64,000 nt of DNA from contig NC_089434.1 of assembly GCF_026210795.1 (NCBI RefSeq), positions 930,001-994,000 of the forward strand, written 5' to 3'. The notes below the pieces were generated by a model. That model saw only the letters and a program-made list of their open reading frames with translations, was not told where the DNA came from and did no database searches. Both the position numbers and the translations under genes were made by a program. Source of the stretch: Rhizophagus irregularis (lineage: Eukaryota). Positions 1 to 13,968 of this stretch are shown piece by piece; positions within the stretch are counted from its first letter, which is position 1, and the number at the start of each line of letters is the position of its first letter.

Positions 1-847
1 ATTTATTACAATGAATTATTCGAAAATGGTTAAAAAAAATCCTAAATGATTCTAACAAGAATATTACCTTTATTACGTGCATTGCATATAATTATTTTCA
101 CGTTCACAGAACGAATCGACAAGTAATATCATGAGCTTTCAACCCTTTTCACGTTTCAAAATAAATTAGAAATCGCTTGGCTTTCTTGATTTCTTTCTTG
201 GTTTTTTTGATCGCGTTGTAAATCTTTCCAAAACAAGAATAATAAATCTTTATAGCCACACCTGCCACATCTTTATAAATTGTGCATATTACACAAACAA
301 GATAATGATAGTCATTTCCCAAAAAAGAAAATTAACGCATAAATTTATTTTTAAAGAAAGTATTTTTATATAACTAATTAAGTATAGCCATATTCGGTTA
401 AGTTAACCTTACACATACTTTTTTTTAAAGTACCCAATTCTTAACAATCACAGATTTAGCAACATTTTATTACCGTATGAAGAAAGTTATTATGGGGTAA
501 AAACAATATTTTTTTAGTAATGACTAGAGGTCTGCATTTAGTCATATTTTTGAAACCCAGGATTTTATACTATTGTCTTTTTTACATTTTTACTGTTTAA
601 AGTTATATTATTTTATTATTTTAGTGCTTTAAAGTTCAATTTTAATTTTCCTTTTTTTAATAAAAATGTTAAAAAAAAATTAGTGACATAGATCACATTA
701 ATTTTGTGATTTTACATAACTTTACACTAAATTTATCATTCAGTATTTAAAATATCAACATTTAATAAGATAAAATTATTAAACATTTGAAAATATATAA
801 CAACAATTTTAGGAAAAATGATGATGTTTGGATAATAATTTAAATTT

Positions 848-990
848 CGGCCAGAATTAAATAAATAGTTTGGCCAGAATTAAAGAAAATCTTGGCTTAC
901 ATTACCCGGCCCGAAAATAGTTTGCCTCGGCCCGAAAAATTTTTGAAAATAGATTGATCGGCCCGGGAATAGATTGATCGGGCCGGATCA
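848..990. repeat. GGCCCGAA/GGCCAGAATT subterminal-type repeat cluster (TE end remnant)
   Basis: Repeated ggccagaattaa and ggcccgaaaa, plus tandem aatagattgatcgg. Similar motifs occur at ~7990-8070. Confidence 0.45.
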
Positions 991-1345
991 AAATTTTGTG
1001 CCTGTACATCTATACCATAATTAGGATCTGTAAATCATACTACATTTGTGCAGTACGATTTTGCACGATGTAAACAATTGGTTTTTAGTAAAGATCTTTT
1101 TTTGACTTAACTTTATCGTTTCATCATTGAATTGTCTCATATTTAGATGTGTCAAATAAAAAAAAAAAATTCTATAAATATGTCATTTTTCTTCTCAAAA
1201 AAATAAAAAATAAAGTAATTTCGTTTTAAAAAATATTTTGTTATAATTACTTTCTACACTTTAAAAAAAATCTAAAAAAAAAAATAATTTTGTTATAATT
1301 ACTTTTCTACACTTTAAAAACTTTTTAAAGAAAAAACTTAAAAAA

Positions 1346-2125
1346 ATGTCGGTTGAGCGTGGACAAACGACTTCTTCCTCAACCTCGCAGGATAAAGTAC
1401 CTGGTCAATCCAAATTAAAAACTATTTTAAGGGTCGTATTAATGATACTTCTTGAATTCGCCCTTCCGATTGTTCTTTATTATGTTCTCAGAATTTTTAT
1501 GCAAGAAATATGGGCATTTCTCATATCGGGTGTCCCACCATTTATTATCGCTATATACGGACTTGTGGGTAGAAAGCGTGTGGAAATTATAGGAGTACTC
1601 GTATTAATCTGTCTTATTTTCAGTGCTATAGTATCATTATTTTATGACAATCCAAAGATTCAACTATTACAAAAATTTATGAGTTTGAATCTCCTTCCCT
1701 TTAATATAATAGCAATGATTAGCATAATTCCGATAAAAATTGGTACCTTTAAAATGCGACCATTATTATTCTATATTTGTAAAGATTTGACAACAGGTGG
1801 ATCCTTTGGTTCTTTAAATTCAGAAGTGGTAGATGAAAGTTGGGACAGGAATTGGGTTTCTTACCAATATTTTCGACGTGGTTTTATCTTTATGACAATT
1901 ATCTGGGGATATGGTCTTCTTTCTGAGGTTTTAGTTCGTGCTATGATTATTTACAATCTTACGCCCGTCAGAATGTCACCTGATAAAGCACTTGCTGCGT
2001 CAAACATAATACATTATGTTTGGTTAGCTAAATTTGCATTATTAACTCTATTTCTCGTTAGACGGATGAAGAAACAAAAGGAAAATTTAGTTTCTGCTTC
2101 TGATTCTGATAAACCTCCGGAATAA
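1346..2125 (+). CDS. VC0807-family-like multi-pass membrane protein, paralog 1, intronless
   Basis: 259-aa ORF with about 6 hydrophobic segments. Motifs LPIVLYY, LISGVPP, DNPKIQLL, RPLLFY, WDRNW..YQYFRRGF..MTIIWGYGLL resemble bacterial VC0807-family proteins as I recall them. TATAAA at ~1174. Confidence 0.75.
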   Translation: MSVERGQTTSSSTSQDKVPGQSKLKTILRVVLMILLEFALPIVLYYVLRIFMQEIWAFLISGVPPFIIAIYGLVGRKRVEIIGVLVLICLIFSAIVSLFYDNPKIQLLQKFMSLNLLPFNIIAMISIIPIKIGTFKMRPLLFYICKDLTTGGSFGSLNSEVVDESWDRNWVSYQYFRRGFIFMTIIWGYGLLSEVLVRAMIIYNLTPVRMSPDKALAASNIIHYVWLAKFALLTLFLVRRMKKQKENLVSASDSDKPPE

Positions 2126-2871
2126 TCTATTTTTATAAATACCAAATTAGACTCATAGTGTTAGGGCCGGCTCTGCTAGCCCCTTTATAAGTATTATTTA
2201 TATGAATAAGTTTCCAATAGAATTCTATACATTTTATTAAATATATGATATGTATTAATAAAGAAGTTTTTTACCTATTAAAAATAATTTCATATTTGAT
2301 ATTTTCATTAAGGATCTGCGGTCCGTTATTCAGTTGACCAATCCAAAATATTTTTTTTATTTTAATTTGCACTATATTCTATTAAATACTACTTGTTTAA
2401 AAATATGAAACTTCAGAACAACTGTTACACCATTCTTGAATATTTTGTGTAATATATATATATATACAGTATATATATCAAAAATCCAAGCTTATAGGTT
2501 TATGTCTATTACACGGTTGTCTTTGATTAAAATTTTACTCCAGTACTCCACGTATACTATTTTCTAATATAATGTTTTGACATAGTAATGAAAAATAAAT
2601 TTTCCTAGCAAGCTATCCTAATAAATTGCTATAACAAACCTTAATCATAAATTATTATTCCATCTTAACCCTAAACCACGCTAACTACAAGCTCACGAAG
2701 CTCTTCACTGTATACAGAAACTTAATGTTACTTGTAGGATATTACGCTAACACTTGTCAAGCTTAGATTTTCATCTGGTATGCTTAGGTTACTGGATTCG
2801 TTTAGATTTTTTGTTCTATTTGTTAAGGTTTTTAAGTTAGTTTGGTTAGTGGATTAGTGTAAGAGTATAGG

Positions 2872-3691
2872 AAGAGTTTGGAACGTCTTAAAAAAACCTT
2901 AACTGGTTAATTAATCGGTTAATTTGTAATATGATTAACCAGTTAATTAACCGGTTAATTTGCAATATGATTAACCAGTTAATTAACCGGTTAATTTGCA
3001 ATATGATTAACTGGTTAATTAACCGGTTAATTATAAATGAACGAATTTGGCCCACATATTTCTTTTATTTATTTAATCAAGTACATTCTTATTTCACGTT
3101 ACAAAAAATCGTTTCATAATATATAAAACTAAATAATACTGCAATTTATAAATAAAAATAAATGTTATTTCATTTATAAAATAAAATCGGTTTTAAAAGT
3201 TATTATTCAATATAAAATACTGTATATTAATATATAATAATTATTACTTTGGTCAGCAGATGTTGAAAAAGAAGACCTTTTAGATGTTGAGGTAGATGAT
3301 TGTTCAGAAGGAGTTTCTTCTACATCTTTATAATTTAAAAATTTAGAAAAGTTGTCATAATCAGACATAATTGTAAATTTTAAATTAAATAAAATAAAAT
3401 CTAAAGTGAACTTTTTTATTAATGTTAAATAAATGTATAATCTTTTTATTAATTTTAAAATAAAAAAGAATGTTTTTCATTAACGTAAAAAATCATGTCA
3501 AATAGATGTATTTAAAAAGCTGCAAGAAATTCTCCGATATTGTGTATCGGAAAATTTTGTATCAAAATATGACAATCATGATCAGCATTTTTAACCGGTT
3601 AATTTATTAACCGGTTAACAAATGTATTAACCGGTGAACGATTTTAACCGGTTAATTAACCGGTTAAGAGTTTAGCCGGTTCCAACCTCTA
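2872..3691. mobile_element. Non-autonomous TIR element (hAT-like ends) with TTAACCGGTTAA palindrome arrays
   Basis: Ends are agagtttggaac and gttccaacctct. Arrays of TTAACCGGTTAA lie at both ends (2898-3031, 3590-3667). A related end is at 53460-53507. No clear TSD. Confidence 0.65.
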
Positions 3692-3849
3692 GTTGGGTGT
3701 TAGAATTATAAAGTTTTGAGATTATCTGTTATGGTATTTCAGGGATGACATACTGTCGGGATTTTGGAGCTTTGAGATTTTGGACGGATCATGCTGTGAA
3801 GTTTCATCGCTTATTTGAATCAGAAGATACAATTAGATTAGATAGATTC

Positions 3850-3945
3850 TTGAACAATTATAAGTAATATGACGCATTACTTCTTTACCCATTTGCTAAT
3901 TTTAACCTATAATTGAATCCATTTTTTCTGGCAAAATTTTTGAAC
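3850..3945 (-). pseudogene. Possible FAR1/MULE transposase relic
   Basis: Broken frames translate to QNFARKNGFNYR and EVMRHITYNCSR, resembling FAR1 DNA-binding motifs. Confidence 0.3.
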
Positions 3946-6837
3946 CTTGTTTTAAATTTTAGTCAACTTGTAAATATAAATCCTATTTTTTAATTCGAAG
4001 GATCCTCCATTTCTTCTCTATTAGTATCATTCAATTAAAATTTTCTTCTATTAAGTAAGTTGATCAGATTGAATACTGGTATATAAAATGACGTAATTTT
4101 TGTAAAAAAGTTTAATAAAGGTTTTGGTTTTTCTATTTTTAGGCGATTCGGAATAATTCTATTTTAAAGGCAAATAGTTTATCCTTTAGTAATGTGTAAT
4201 CGGCAAAAATATTTGATATCGTCTTGTTGGGAAATTGAAGTTAGATGTGAAGGAATACTCTTTTAGGTATTCACGTGTGAGCGCTTTGAGTGATGACAAA
4301 GGAAGTGTACCAGGTTTAGCCGTAAAAGGTAACTGAATCTGGCGAATTTTTTGGGTACCGCCACCATGCTTGATCAACATCTGCGGAATTAAAAAAGAGT
4401 GGTCTTTTTAAATAATTTTTTATTTTTATTAATAAAAAAGCGCATTGTTTCCTTTTATTAATAAAGGTGTATAATATTTATTTATTTTTTATTAAAAGAT
4501 ATGAATTTTTTTTTTGTTAAAAAAAACATGAATTTTGAATTAAAATATGAAAATTTTTTTACTATTTCATTAAAAAAAAAGATTTATTTCAGTTATTTGA
4601 CGTTAATAAAAACTTTTTTTATCACTTTATTAATGCGGATCGGGCCAGTTAACATTAACTTGACGGTTTATTAAAATATTCAGCCGATCAAAATAACTTT
4701 TTATTTTAACAAACACAGAGCAATTTTTTATTTTTTATTAATAAAAAAGCGCATTTTCATTTATTTATTTATTTTGATTGATAAAAGAAGAGATTTTATA
4801 TTTAAAAATAATTTTAATAAAAATCTTTTAATAAAAATATCTTTAAATTTTACAAATCATGAATGCGATGCGATGAAATTCATTATATATAATGTATTAT
4901 ATACAATATATGTTTTATTAAAAATGTTTTCTACTTAATGCTGGCTAACTTTTTAGATTTCGTACCATTCGGGATTTTGACATTTACGGATCTCGGTCAA
5001 ATGACATGTGATTACGCAAATCCGCCACAGCCGCCACCGAGAGACGATTATTGAAAGCCAATTTCGAGAGAAAAATTAGAACGGGATGAGGAGCATGATT
5101 ACAATGACGATATGAATCATGGTCAACGGCAAAATATGTTAGACCAATATTAAAGACTAATGTTCGTGTCTGAGATATGATGGATAAATATTATTTTATA
5201 AATTATTCTCTGGCTTCGAAATGTGGGCCAGTCAGTTTTTATATTTGTATTTTTTTTATTTGTATATTGCGACATTTTTATATTAATAAAGATTCAGGCC
5301 TATCCTCCTTTAATACATTCAGAAAAAAATACGTTTGGTAAATTTTACAAAAGCCATGCACTTACATTATTCAAAGAATGTAACAATCCTTAGTATCCAA
5401 AACCTTCCTTCTGTTAAGAATTAAGATCATTCTCCTCGTATCACTGATTTAAAGAAATGTTAGTGAAACATGATATCAGTAGTGACCATAACGAATATCC
5501 CGCAGTTTATACTGAGCGGACTTTTAATACATTTATCCTACAAGCTTTCAGAGTATTCTTTCATTGGCTTGGAATCTTTATTTCCATTTTCATTCGACAA
5601 ATTGAACCAAACAAATTGGATCAAATTTCTTACTCTTGATTTTTTAACAAAATGGCAACAATTATCAAAAAAATCAAAAGTGCTGGAACAGTACTACTGA
5701 GATCGAAAAGAATGGTAAAATTACTATTTATCGGTTAGAAAAGCTGACCACGCTTTTTTAGCCAAATTTCTAGTGCATCCTGGGGAAAAGACTCCAAAGA
5801 TTCCAACAAATTAATAATTGTCAAAAAAAGTGAGATAAATCAATTATATTAATTAGATTGAAGTATAAATTTATATAATACATTGCTTCATTCGAAAAAA
5901 AATATTTTTGTTCAAAGTCATAGTTTTTAATCATTTAAAAGTATTGAGAATTGCATTATAGCGTTGCGGAAAGAATAGATACAAAAAAAAAAAATATTAA
6001 TTTTTAATCCAAGCACTTATTTCCAATTAAAATTGTAATAAAAACGAATAATCATCGATAATCATACCATCATCAAGATCTTTGTGATCTTTAATAGCTT
6101 AAAATCCGATTCAATTTTCTCAATAAGCTTCGGATCACTATAGCTACAAAGCGCTTCCCATATAATTTCATTCTCGCTTTTACCATAATAACGTTTATCG
6201 TTACGTTTATCAAGATAATTTTTATAATCTTCATCTTCAGAAGTATCACCTTGATTATTTGACAAAGAAAATACATAAAACATATCTTAGCATTTTAATT
6301 TTAATACCAGATATTCCGATAAACCGGATATTTTTAGTGGAACTGATAGATCCGGTTTATCGAATTTCACTGTGTATGCAACCACTCTACGAAATGAGCA
6401 TCAAATTTTTTAAGCTCTTTACCATTTATAATTAACCGATAATTGTATACGATATTTGAAGATTTGTACACGCCTAGTCATTTCAATATCAAACCAAAAA
6501 AAAAAAACAAAAAAATGGTAAGACTTAAAAATCAAGGACCTGTCCCTTGTGTAAAGCTCCCTTAAGGTTAAAAAATTATAAAACAATCAACAATTACCAC
6601 TTTCCAATTTTCAACATAAAAAATATTTCTTTCCTATTCTTTCCGCATTATTTTTTTGTGTTAAGAAGAAATGGCAAAATTTTACTGCACCACAATCGGC
6701 TAGCTGCGCCACTAATCTGCTTTCGGATGTTTGATTCTAAATTACAAAATTAATTTTATGTTCATTATACAAATTATTTCACTTACCCCATTCAGTAATT
6801 AACAGATATAGTTTTGTCTTATTCAAATTTATAGACG

Positions 6838-7277
6838 ATGTCCGATATAGACGCTTTTGATTCAGTAAACCAAGTTTCGGCTCAAACGATAACACTTCAA
6901 CCCATTCAGGACCAATTGGTCGAGTTTAGTTTATTTTACCAACCACAAAATGATAACAATATTTATTATATAACTTGTAGGAAAAATTTTTACAAGATCA
7001 TCTTCAAGATACAGGAAATTCTGCTTTCTTGGACGATAATTATGATTATGAGTTGTTTTTAGAAAGTTTAGATGACTCCACGACAATGTTTCATATTACA
7101 TGTAAATTATTACCAAATTCTTTAATTTTAAATATATTGAATAAGGAAATTTATGGATTTGATTTTGATGTAACTGAATTGAGACGTAGAAATTCATTAA
7201 CTTTGCATCAAAAGTTAAACCTCGAACGTAACTTGAAACAAACTATTCCTTTGTACTTTTTAACATCCAATCACTGA
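6838..7277 (+). pseudogene. Hypothetical protein with an internal two-fold repeat, split by a 1-nt frameshift
   Basis: ORFs 6838-7062 and 7029-7277 join across the A5T5 run at ~6982-6991. Repeated motif FYQPQNDNNIYYITC / FLESLDDSTTMFHITC. Confidence 0.55.
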
Positions 7278-7354
7278 TTTATAATTGTCCAATGCTATAG
7301 TAGCACAAGCATATTAATGCAATAATGGCAATTTCATAGAATTTAAATTATTTA

Positions 7355-7580
7355 CCGTATATTTGTGGGCCATAGTACCCATATATATTATATAGTATCT
7401 CCCCCTTTTTTTACGTGAAAAAAGCTTTTTCTATCGATTTTATTATTTAGAGAATCAAATATTGCCCAGAAATTATATGTAAATAATTTTCTGATTATTA
7501 TACAAGCTTTTGAAATAAGTACAAGGTCAACCCTCCAAAATTTGTATCATACCCGGGGTGCTATGGCCCGCAATATACGG
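7355..7580. mobile_element. MITE (Tc1/mariner-pogo type, TA TSD)
   Basis: TIRs ccgtatatttgtgggccatagtaccc and ggggtgctatggcccgcaatatacgg, each flanked by TA. Same family as 24196-24508. Confidence 0.85.
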
Positions 7581-8969
7581 TAGTATGTTTTACTTAATTA
7601 AATCTAAATAAAGAATTTTTATAATTTATGAATTTGTTTATGTTCAATGATAATTATTAAATATAATTATCCATTTATCTTTGTTTTTGTTTACTATGAA
7701 TATTTTATTATAAGATAGTTCAATCTATTTTTTATGTTCAGATTTGCCGATAATGAAAATAAAAGGAACCTCATTTTTTTTTTGTGATTATGTAGTCAAG
7801 TCATTCATAACATTTTATTTTCTTTTTATTGTTAATAACCAATTTAACTTCTGTCGATATTTAGAATGGGAGTTATCGATCCGGAATTATCCGTATCCGA
7901 TTATTTTTGACGGATTAATCCGATTTTTCAGTAATTTTGTCCAGCACTATGTTTAGCTTGGGCCAATACTATTAAGTGTGGGCAGCAGAGTTAATTAATT
8001 AAAATTTTAATTCCGCCCAAATTATAATTTCAGCCAGAATTAATTTCGGATTGACAATCGCCTGACCGAAACTATAAATTAGATTCCCACAACCCAATAA
8101 TATAAATTTGATCTATTATTGGTAGATTTAATTACTTAGTTAATATCGTTAACATCTAACTGCTAAACATCTAACTTGAAACCGATATTATAAATTTTCA
8201 AAACATTCTCAAGTTTTCCAAGTTGATCAATTCTATCCAATTAGAATTTCCAAAAAAAATTAAATTTTTTACTTTTTTCTGATTCGTAGCTTTCATGAAT
8301 AAGAAAATTGCTGATTTTGATTCTTTATTCATGAATTAATTAATTAATAATTAATAATTAATAATTATTTAATTAGATAACGTATAATTTTTAAATTTAT
8401 AACTTCTAAAGATCGTGAATCGGGATAGATCGATTTCTAATATAATATATGAACTTTTTAAAATTAAATCTATTTTCAAGGGAAGCAATGAAGTGATTCA
8501 AAGATTTGAAATGATATAATGTAAACAAAGTGGTCAAGAAATATAAAGAAAATGCAACCAAAAAATTTAAGATCGAATATTTTAAATATTTTTAAATTTT
8601 TTTTCTCCGATGGTCATATCTTTGTAAAAAAAAAATATATTGTATATATATATGTTAACTTATATAACGAAATAATTTAAATAATTTCCTAACATTCTAT
8701 ATTTCTTTATAGTGCTAAAATTTCAGGAAATTCAAATCACCGCACGACTTAACATCAAATTATACATTTGATTCTACCACTATATAAGTTAATTTTTTAT
8801 CATATTTTTTGTATTAAATTTTTTAAGCTTACTTTATTTAAATATCAATAAATTTATTTTCTATATATAATTTATATAATGTTCAACTAAAATTAATATA
8901 TATATCTAATATTATTAAAAAGAAAAGTGTAAATATTGGACTCTAATAAGTTTTGGAAAATACCGAGAT

Positions 8970-10933
8970 TCAAATATCAAAATCAATTTCTTGTGTAATA
9001 TAACCTATATTTGTAATTTAAAAAGAAATTAGGATATTAAGAACATAGTTTTTAAAAATATAATATTTTTACTTACTTTTGTCAATGATACATTGTTCAG
9101 AATTTATATCTATATCCAATTCAAATTCTTGCGTAATATAATCTAAATAAATGAAAACGAAAAATAAATAAATTAAAACATAAATTATATTTATTGAAAA
9201 TACATAAAATATTTTTACCATTATTTTCATTTTCGATTAATTTAATCTTTTTAATAATTTTGTCTGGAAATATTTTATTATTTAATTGGTAAATATTGAA
9301 TGACGTTTGTTTATATATAAAAATTTTGTCTTTTATCATACCTCCATTAAAACTGTTTTCAATTTGATTGTCGTCAAACTTTCTTTTATCTTAAAGAATA
9401 AACTTATTAATATTACTTAAAATTATATTAGTTAATAATTTTAAACGAATAATTACCATTAAAAGTTATATCGTTTTTTTGATGACAATGAAATAAATCT
9501 AAATAATAATGAAGTAGAGTATTATTATTATTTTTTTTTGATTAAAACGAAATATTTAATACTATATTTACCAACTTCTGCAGTTATAGACTCGCTTCTT
9601 AAACTTCTTGTAGACATTGTAAACATTGCAGATTGAATTATACCACTCAAAGGTCTACTCCTATAAATAGCACCTGGATTATTTGTTGTTACTGGTCCAA
9701 TTTCTGATGATTTCTTAATTTCACATTTACTGCCCATTCTAGAAATTCTATTATATATATCAGTAGCTTCTGGTCTTTTATTAGGACCTGAATTCCAGCA
9801 TTCTTTCATTAATTCAATATATCCTTCGGGCGCATTTGTAACAATTGGTGGTCTTAAACCACAACATATTTCTATTATAAGTTCTGCATCATGACTTCTA
9901 TTCCAAAAAGGTCTTCTACCTGTCATAAATTCCCACATAATCATTCCAAAACTATATATGTCTGATTCTTTGGTATATTTTTGTCCTTTAAAAATCTCTG
10001 GTGCCATATAAGGAATTATACCATAATTCTCATTGTTATTATCATCATCTGTAAATTCAGTTGCAGATTTACTTAAGCCCAAATCACCTAAGTATGCGTA
10101 TTTTTTTTCGTTAAAAAAGATATTTCCACTATGAAAGTCTCTATGTAAAATATTTACACTATGTATATTAACAAGTCCATTTATTATTTCTTTTAACCTC
10201 TTTAACTTACTATGCCATTCAATACTATAGAAATCATTAGTTAAGTAGTTTATTAAATCACCTGATTTATAATATGGCATAATAATCATGATATCTTTGG
10301 TAACGGGTTCTTGAGTAATTCCAAAATATTTACTAACTTGATTGTATATTTCATAATTGTTCTTTTTTTTCCAATTTAAATAAAATTCATGAAATATCTT
10401 GAGCTAAATAATAAAAAAGTTTATTAATTACTTAATTCAAAGTCAGGTTAATAAATAATTGTAATCACCTCATTTAACGCCTTAGATGTGATTTCTTTAG
10501 AATTATTAAGCTTTTTAAGAACAACTTCATAATTTTTATTATATTCGGGTTTATAAAAACTTTGTTTTTTCTTATTCCAATTATTTATTACTGGACCATC
10601 AATCCAAATAGCCTTATAAACTTCACTAAAACCTCCCTTAGCAATAAATTTTACATCTTTAAATTGGTTATAAGGCACGAACACCATTTTTCCAGCTAAT
10701 TTACTACTACTAGTTAGTGTATGCATGATAAAATCATCAATAACTTTGTTTCCACTTGGTATATATAATAATTTCGCTTTGTAACAAACGCCGCAAATAT
10801 GATGATTTTCTTCTAAAAGTTCTCTTCTTTGATTACATTCGCTGCATAATATTTTCGTTTTACGTTTACGATTGTGTTTAATTGTGGTTTGTGTTGGCAT
10901 GCCTAAAGATGTGTTGTCTGATAATTGGTCCAT
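8970..10933 (-). CDS. TKL/MAP3K-like protein kinase, multi-exon
   Basis: Exon 1 10933-10469, intron 10468-10404, exon 2 10403-9572, then small 3' exons ending GYITQEIDFDI*. N-terminal CxxC pairs; motifs AKGGFSEVY, VVLK, HRDFHSGN, DLG and APE are intact. Confidence 0.9.
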
Positions 10934-12566
10934 CGTTAATTTTTTTTTTTAAAAAAAATAATTTAGCTCTTTTGCTTGAGACAAAAAAGCCTAAATATAT
11001 ATGTTTTCTTTTAAGCAAGGAATTTTTAATCCGAACTCAGAAAATTCCATAATAATATAATATCCGTAGAAGTTTCTATTATAAGAATCGTGCCAAGAAA
11101 TTCTAAATAATCAATCTAGAACTGTAACATGGAAAAGATTTCGAATAGACTTTTAACAAAAACTCCAACAAAGAATTCTATAGAGGCGTCACATGCTGTG
11201 AAACAAGCACAACGTGACATAAAGTTATAAAGAATTGATTAACATGATTCTTGTTACTTAAAAAGTTAAAACAGTTACGTATGCATGGCGTACGTATGAT
11301 AACTTTCGTAGTAGAACTTAAAATAATACAAAGTGAAAAGGTAGCCAACAAATCATCGAAGTCATTTGCATATAACTTCCAAAATAAGTAAGATATAGAT
11401 CAATATTAAAATTTTAATACAAAGATGTATTAATACGCCTATTTGATTATTTTAGTTTATGACTTTCTCTTTATTTACAATTAGTTCTTAACTAATAAAA
11501 AGCATGATGTCAAATTAAAATTTTAAACATTCTGTTATTTCATAATTTGTCAAACTCGACATTTTGATTTCTAAAAAAAAAAAAAAATGGTTAAAAATAT
11601 AACCAAACTCAAAATTTAAAACATTTTCAGGAAGTCCCTTTGCTCTTTGGTCTTTGTCATCCCAAACACTTTCATTCTAATGCCAAAAAATCGATTCTTT
11701 TCTTTTTTATTTATTTATTCTTAACATTGAAATTTATTTTGCGCTATAATAAAAATGTATTGATAAAGTACAATAATAGGATCCTTACCAAAATTATGTT
11801 TATATACAAAATTTGCTATAGTATTTATAAGCAACTCTTCCTTCAGTTTTGGATAGAATGAAAACATAATGTAAAAATAAGCTTATCATACTCCGTTCCG
11901 ATCATTTTGAATCACATGTCATTATTACTTCACACGTATACAAATGGTGTATTCATAATGTGATATAGCAAATTTTTTGTTTTTTCTGAATTATTTATAA
12001 TTTTTCTCGTTCATAAACTTCACTTATTTTTTTTTCATCGTTTTCTTTTTTTTTAATTCAAATTGTTTGTGTATCATTATGAATATCAAATAATGCAAAT
12101 GATCTATTGAGTGTCACTTGCTAAAAAATAATGTAAATGAGATTAAGTGTTTTTTAGCGTATGTAAGTGCATACATGATTACATCAGCGCAGCGCAAATA
12201 TGAGACATAATCATTTTCTCAGATGGAAACACTGTTAGTTATCGCTTATTTAATTTACTCTCAAAGGTTAAAGGTATTTTTTTTTTCTTTTAAATAGTTC
12301 AAAAATAATAATATACTATGCGTTACACAGAATAAAGAATTATACATATAGGATATATTAATAAGTTTTTCTTAACATCTTTACCAATCGATTAGATAAT
12401 AATCGCTGTTAAGCACAATAATTAATAAATATAAATATATAATATCAAAAAAATATTTCATACAGAAGACCTACTATTATGAATAATCCGAAAAATGGGT
12501 AAGTAAACATTGTGCAATGGAAATCCGATAAATGTCACGTGAGTTAACACAAATTTCCAAAAAAGG

Positions 12567-12987
12567 GGGACCGTTAAAGCAGGGTAGAATCACGTGACTT
12601 TCGAAATTTTTCTTTTTTTTAAATAAAACTCTTTATTATATATAAAACCTTCCAAATAAACATATACTAAGTGCATTTTGACCTGTTCTGCAAGTTTACT
12701 TAGAGCACAAAATGAGGTTTAGAACACCGTTTTCGATTTATTCAACTTTTTCAATTTCGTTAAAATTGATCTATCCTTTTTTGGGTATGATCAGCAAAAT
12801 TCGTTTGCTCATATGTAAAGTCAAAAACATTGTTCTTTTTCCACTTTTTCTCCCTAAGTAAACTTGTGGAGCAGGCCAAAATACACTTATTTAATGATTT
12901 TCAAGTTCACTTTAATTTTAGTTTATAAAAAATTTATCAAATCATAATAATTTTAAATCACGTGATTCTACCCGCTTTAACGGGCCC
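12567..12987. mobile_element. MITE with ~30-bp TIR and 9-bp TSD (Mutator-like)
   Basis: TIRs gggaccgttaaagcagggtagaatcacgtga and tcacgtgattctacccgctttaacgggccc. caaaaaagg flanks both sides. Confidence 0.8.
12670..12887. mobile_element. Nested MITE or inner inverted repeat
   Basis: agtgcattttgacctgttctgcaagtttacttag is inverted to ctaagtaaacttgtggagcaggccaaaatacact. TA flanks both ends. Confidence 0.7.
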
Positions 12988-13968
12988 CAAAAAAGGAAAT
13001 AATTTTCCGTAAAAAAAAAATTTGCACAAAAACGTCCAAAAAAAACAAAAATCACTTAATTCTGGCTGTAATTAGGATTTGTTGAGTCGAGTCAGATGAT
13101 TTAATCCTTACTCGTGACTATCATACCAATAATAGAATCCGTTAAACTATCCGGATAATCTGATTATCCGTATGGATAATCAGACGGATAAACGGGTTTC
13201 GGGATATAGAAAACCGTATTAAGATATCATCCGGATTGACATATTAAGGAGACTATGAAAAGTTGATTATATTATTTCTTTTTTCTTTATGCATTACATG
13301 TAAATTATTTTTTCACTTGTTACAGGAACGAATCGATAAGCAATAACATGAGTTCTTAACCCTTTTCTCGTTACATAATAAATTATAAATATCTTGGCTT
13401 TCTTGGTATTATCGTAAATTTTGTCAAAATATAATATTAATTTTTTGGCCACCTTTTTTTTTAAAGTAGAGACCAATAGATTTTTTCATTATAATTTTTT
13501 TTGACATAACTATTTTTACCCATGCATAACACTTTTTTAATAAAATTTGAACGCAATATTAGTAAAAGTAATAATAATTATAATAATAAAACCAATTAAT
13601 AATAATATATATACATATACTGTATATAAAATGACTTTCTCATTAAAGTACATTAGTACTAAGATTATTATTAGGCATGATCGATGAAAAATTTAAAATG
13701 TTTGAACAATGAAACTTTCTAAACAGAAAAACTTTATTGTACGATCAGATCTTCCAATTAATGACAAACAAAAAAAACTTTGTTTTCTTTTTTTTGATTT
13801 TCGTTTATTGTTTCATATTTAAATGTTTCACATTATAAAAAAAATTCTATAAATATGTCAATTCTTTTTTTTTAAAAAAAAAAGAAAATAATTTCGTTTT
13901 AAAAAAAAAATAAAAATCTGTCATAATCTCTGCATAATTTCTTACTATAAAAAAAAAAGCCTAAAATC

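Noticed and set aside
2931..3119. ORF MINQLINRLICN...
   Set aside because: Translation of a palindromic tandem repeat.
5290..5820. Possible HMG-box or other gene relic
   Set aside because: Too fragmented; no convincing motif.
6062..6283. 73-aa protein-like ORF
   Set aside because: An isolated fragment next to a MITE end with no recognisable domain.
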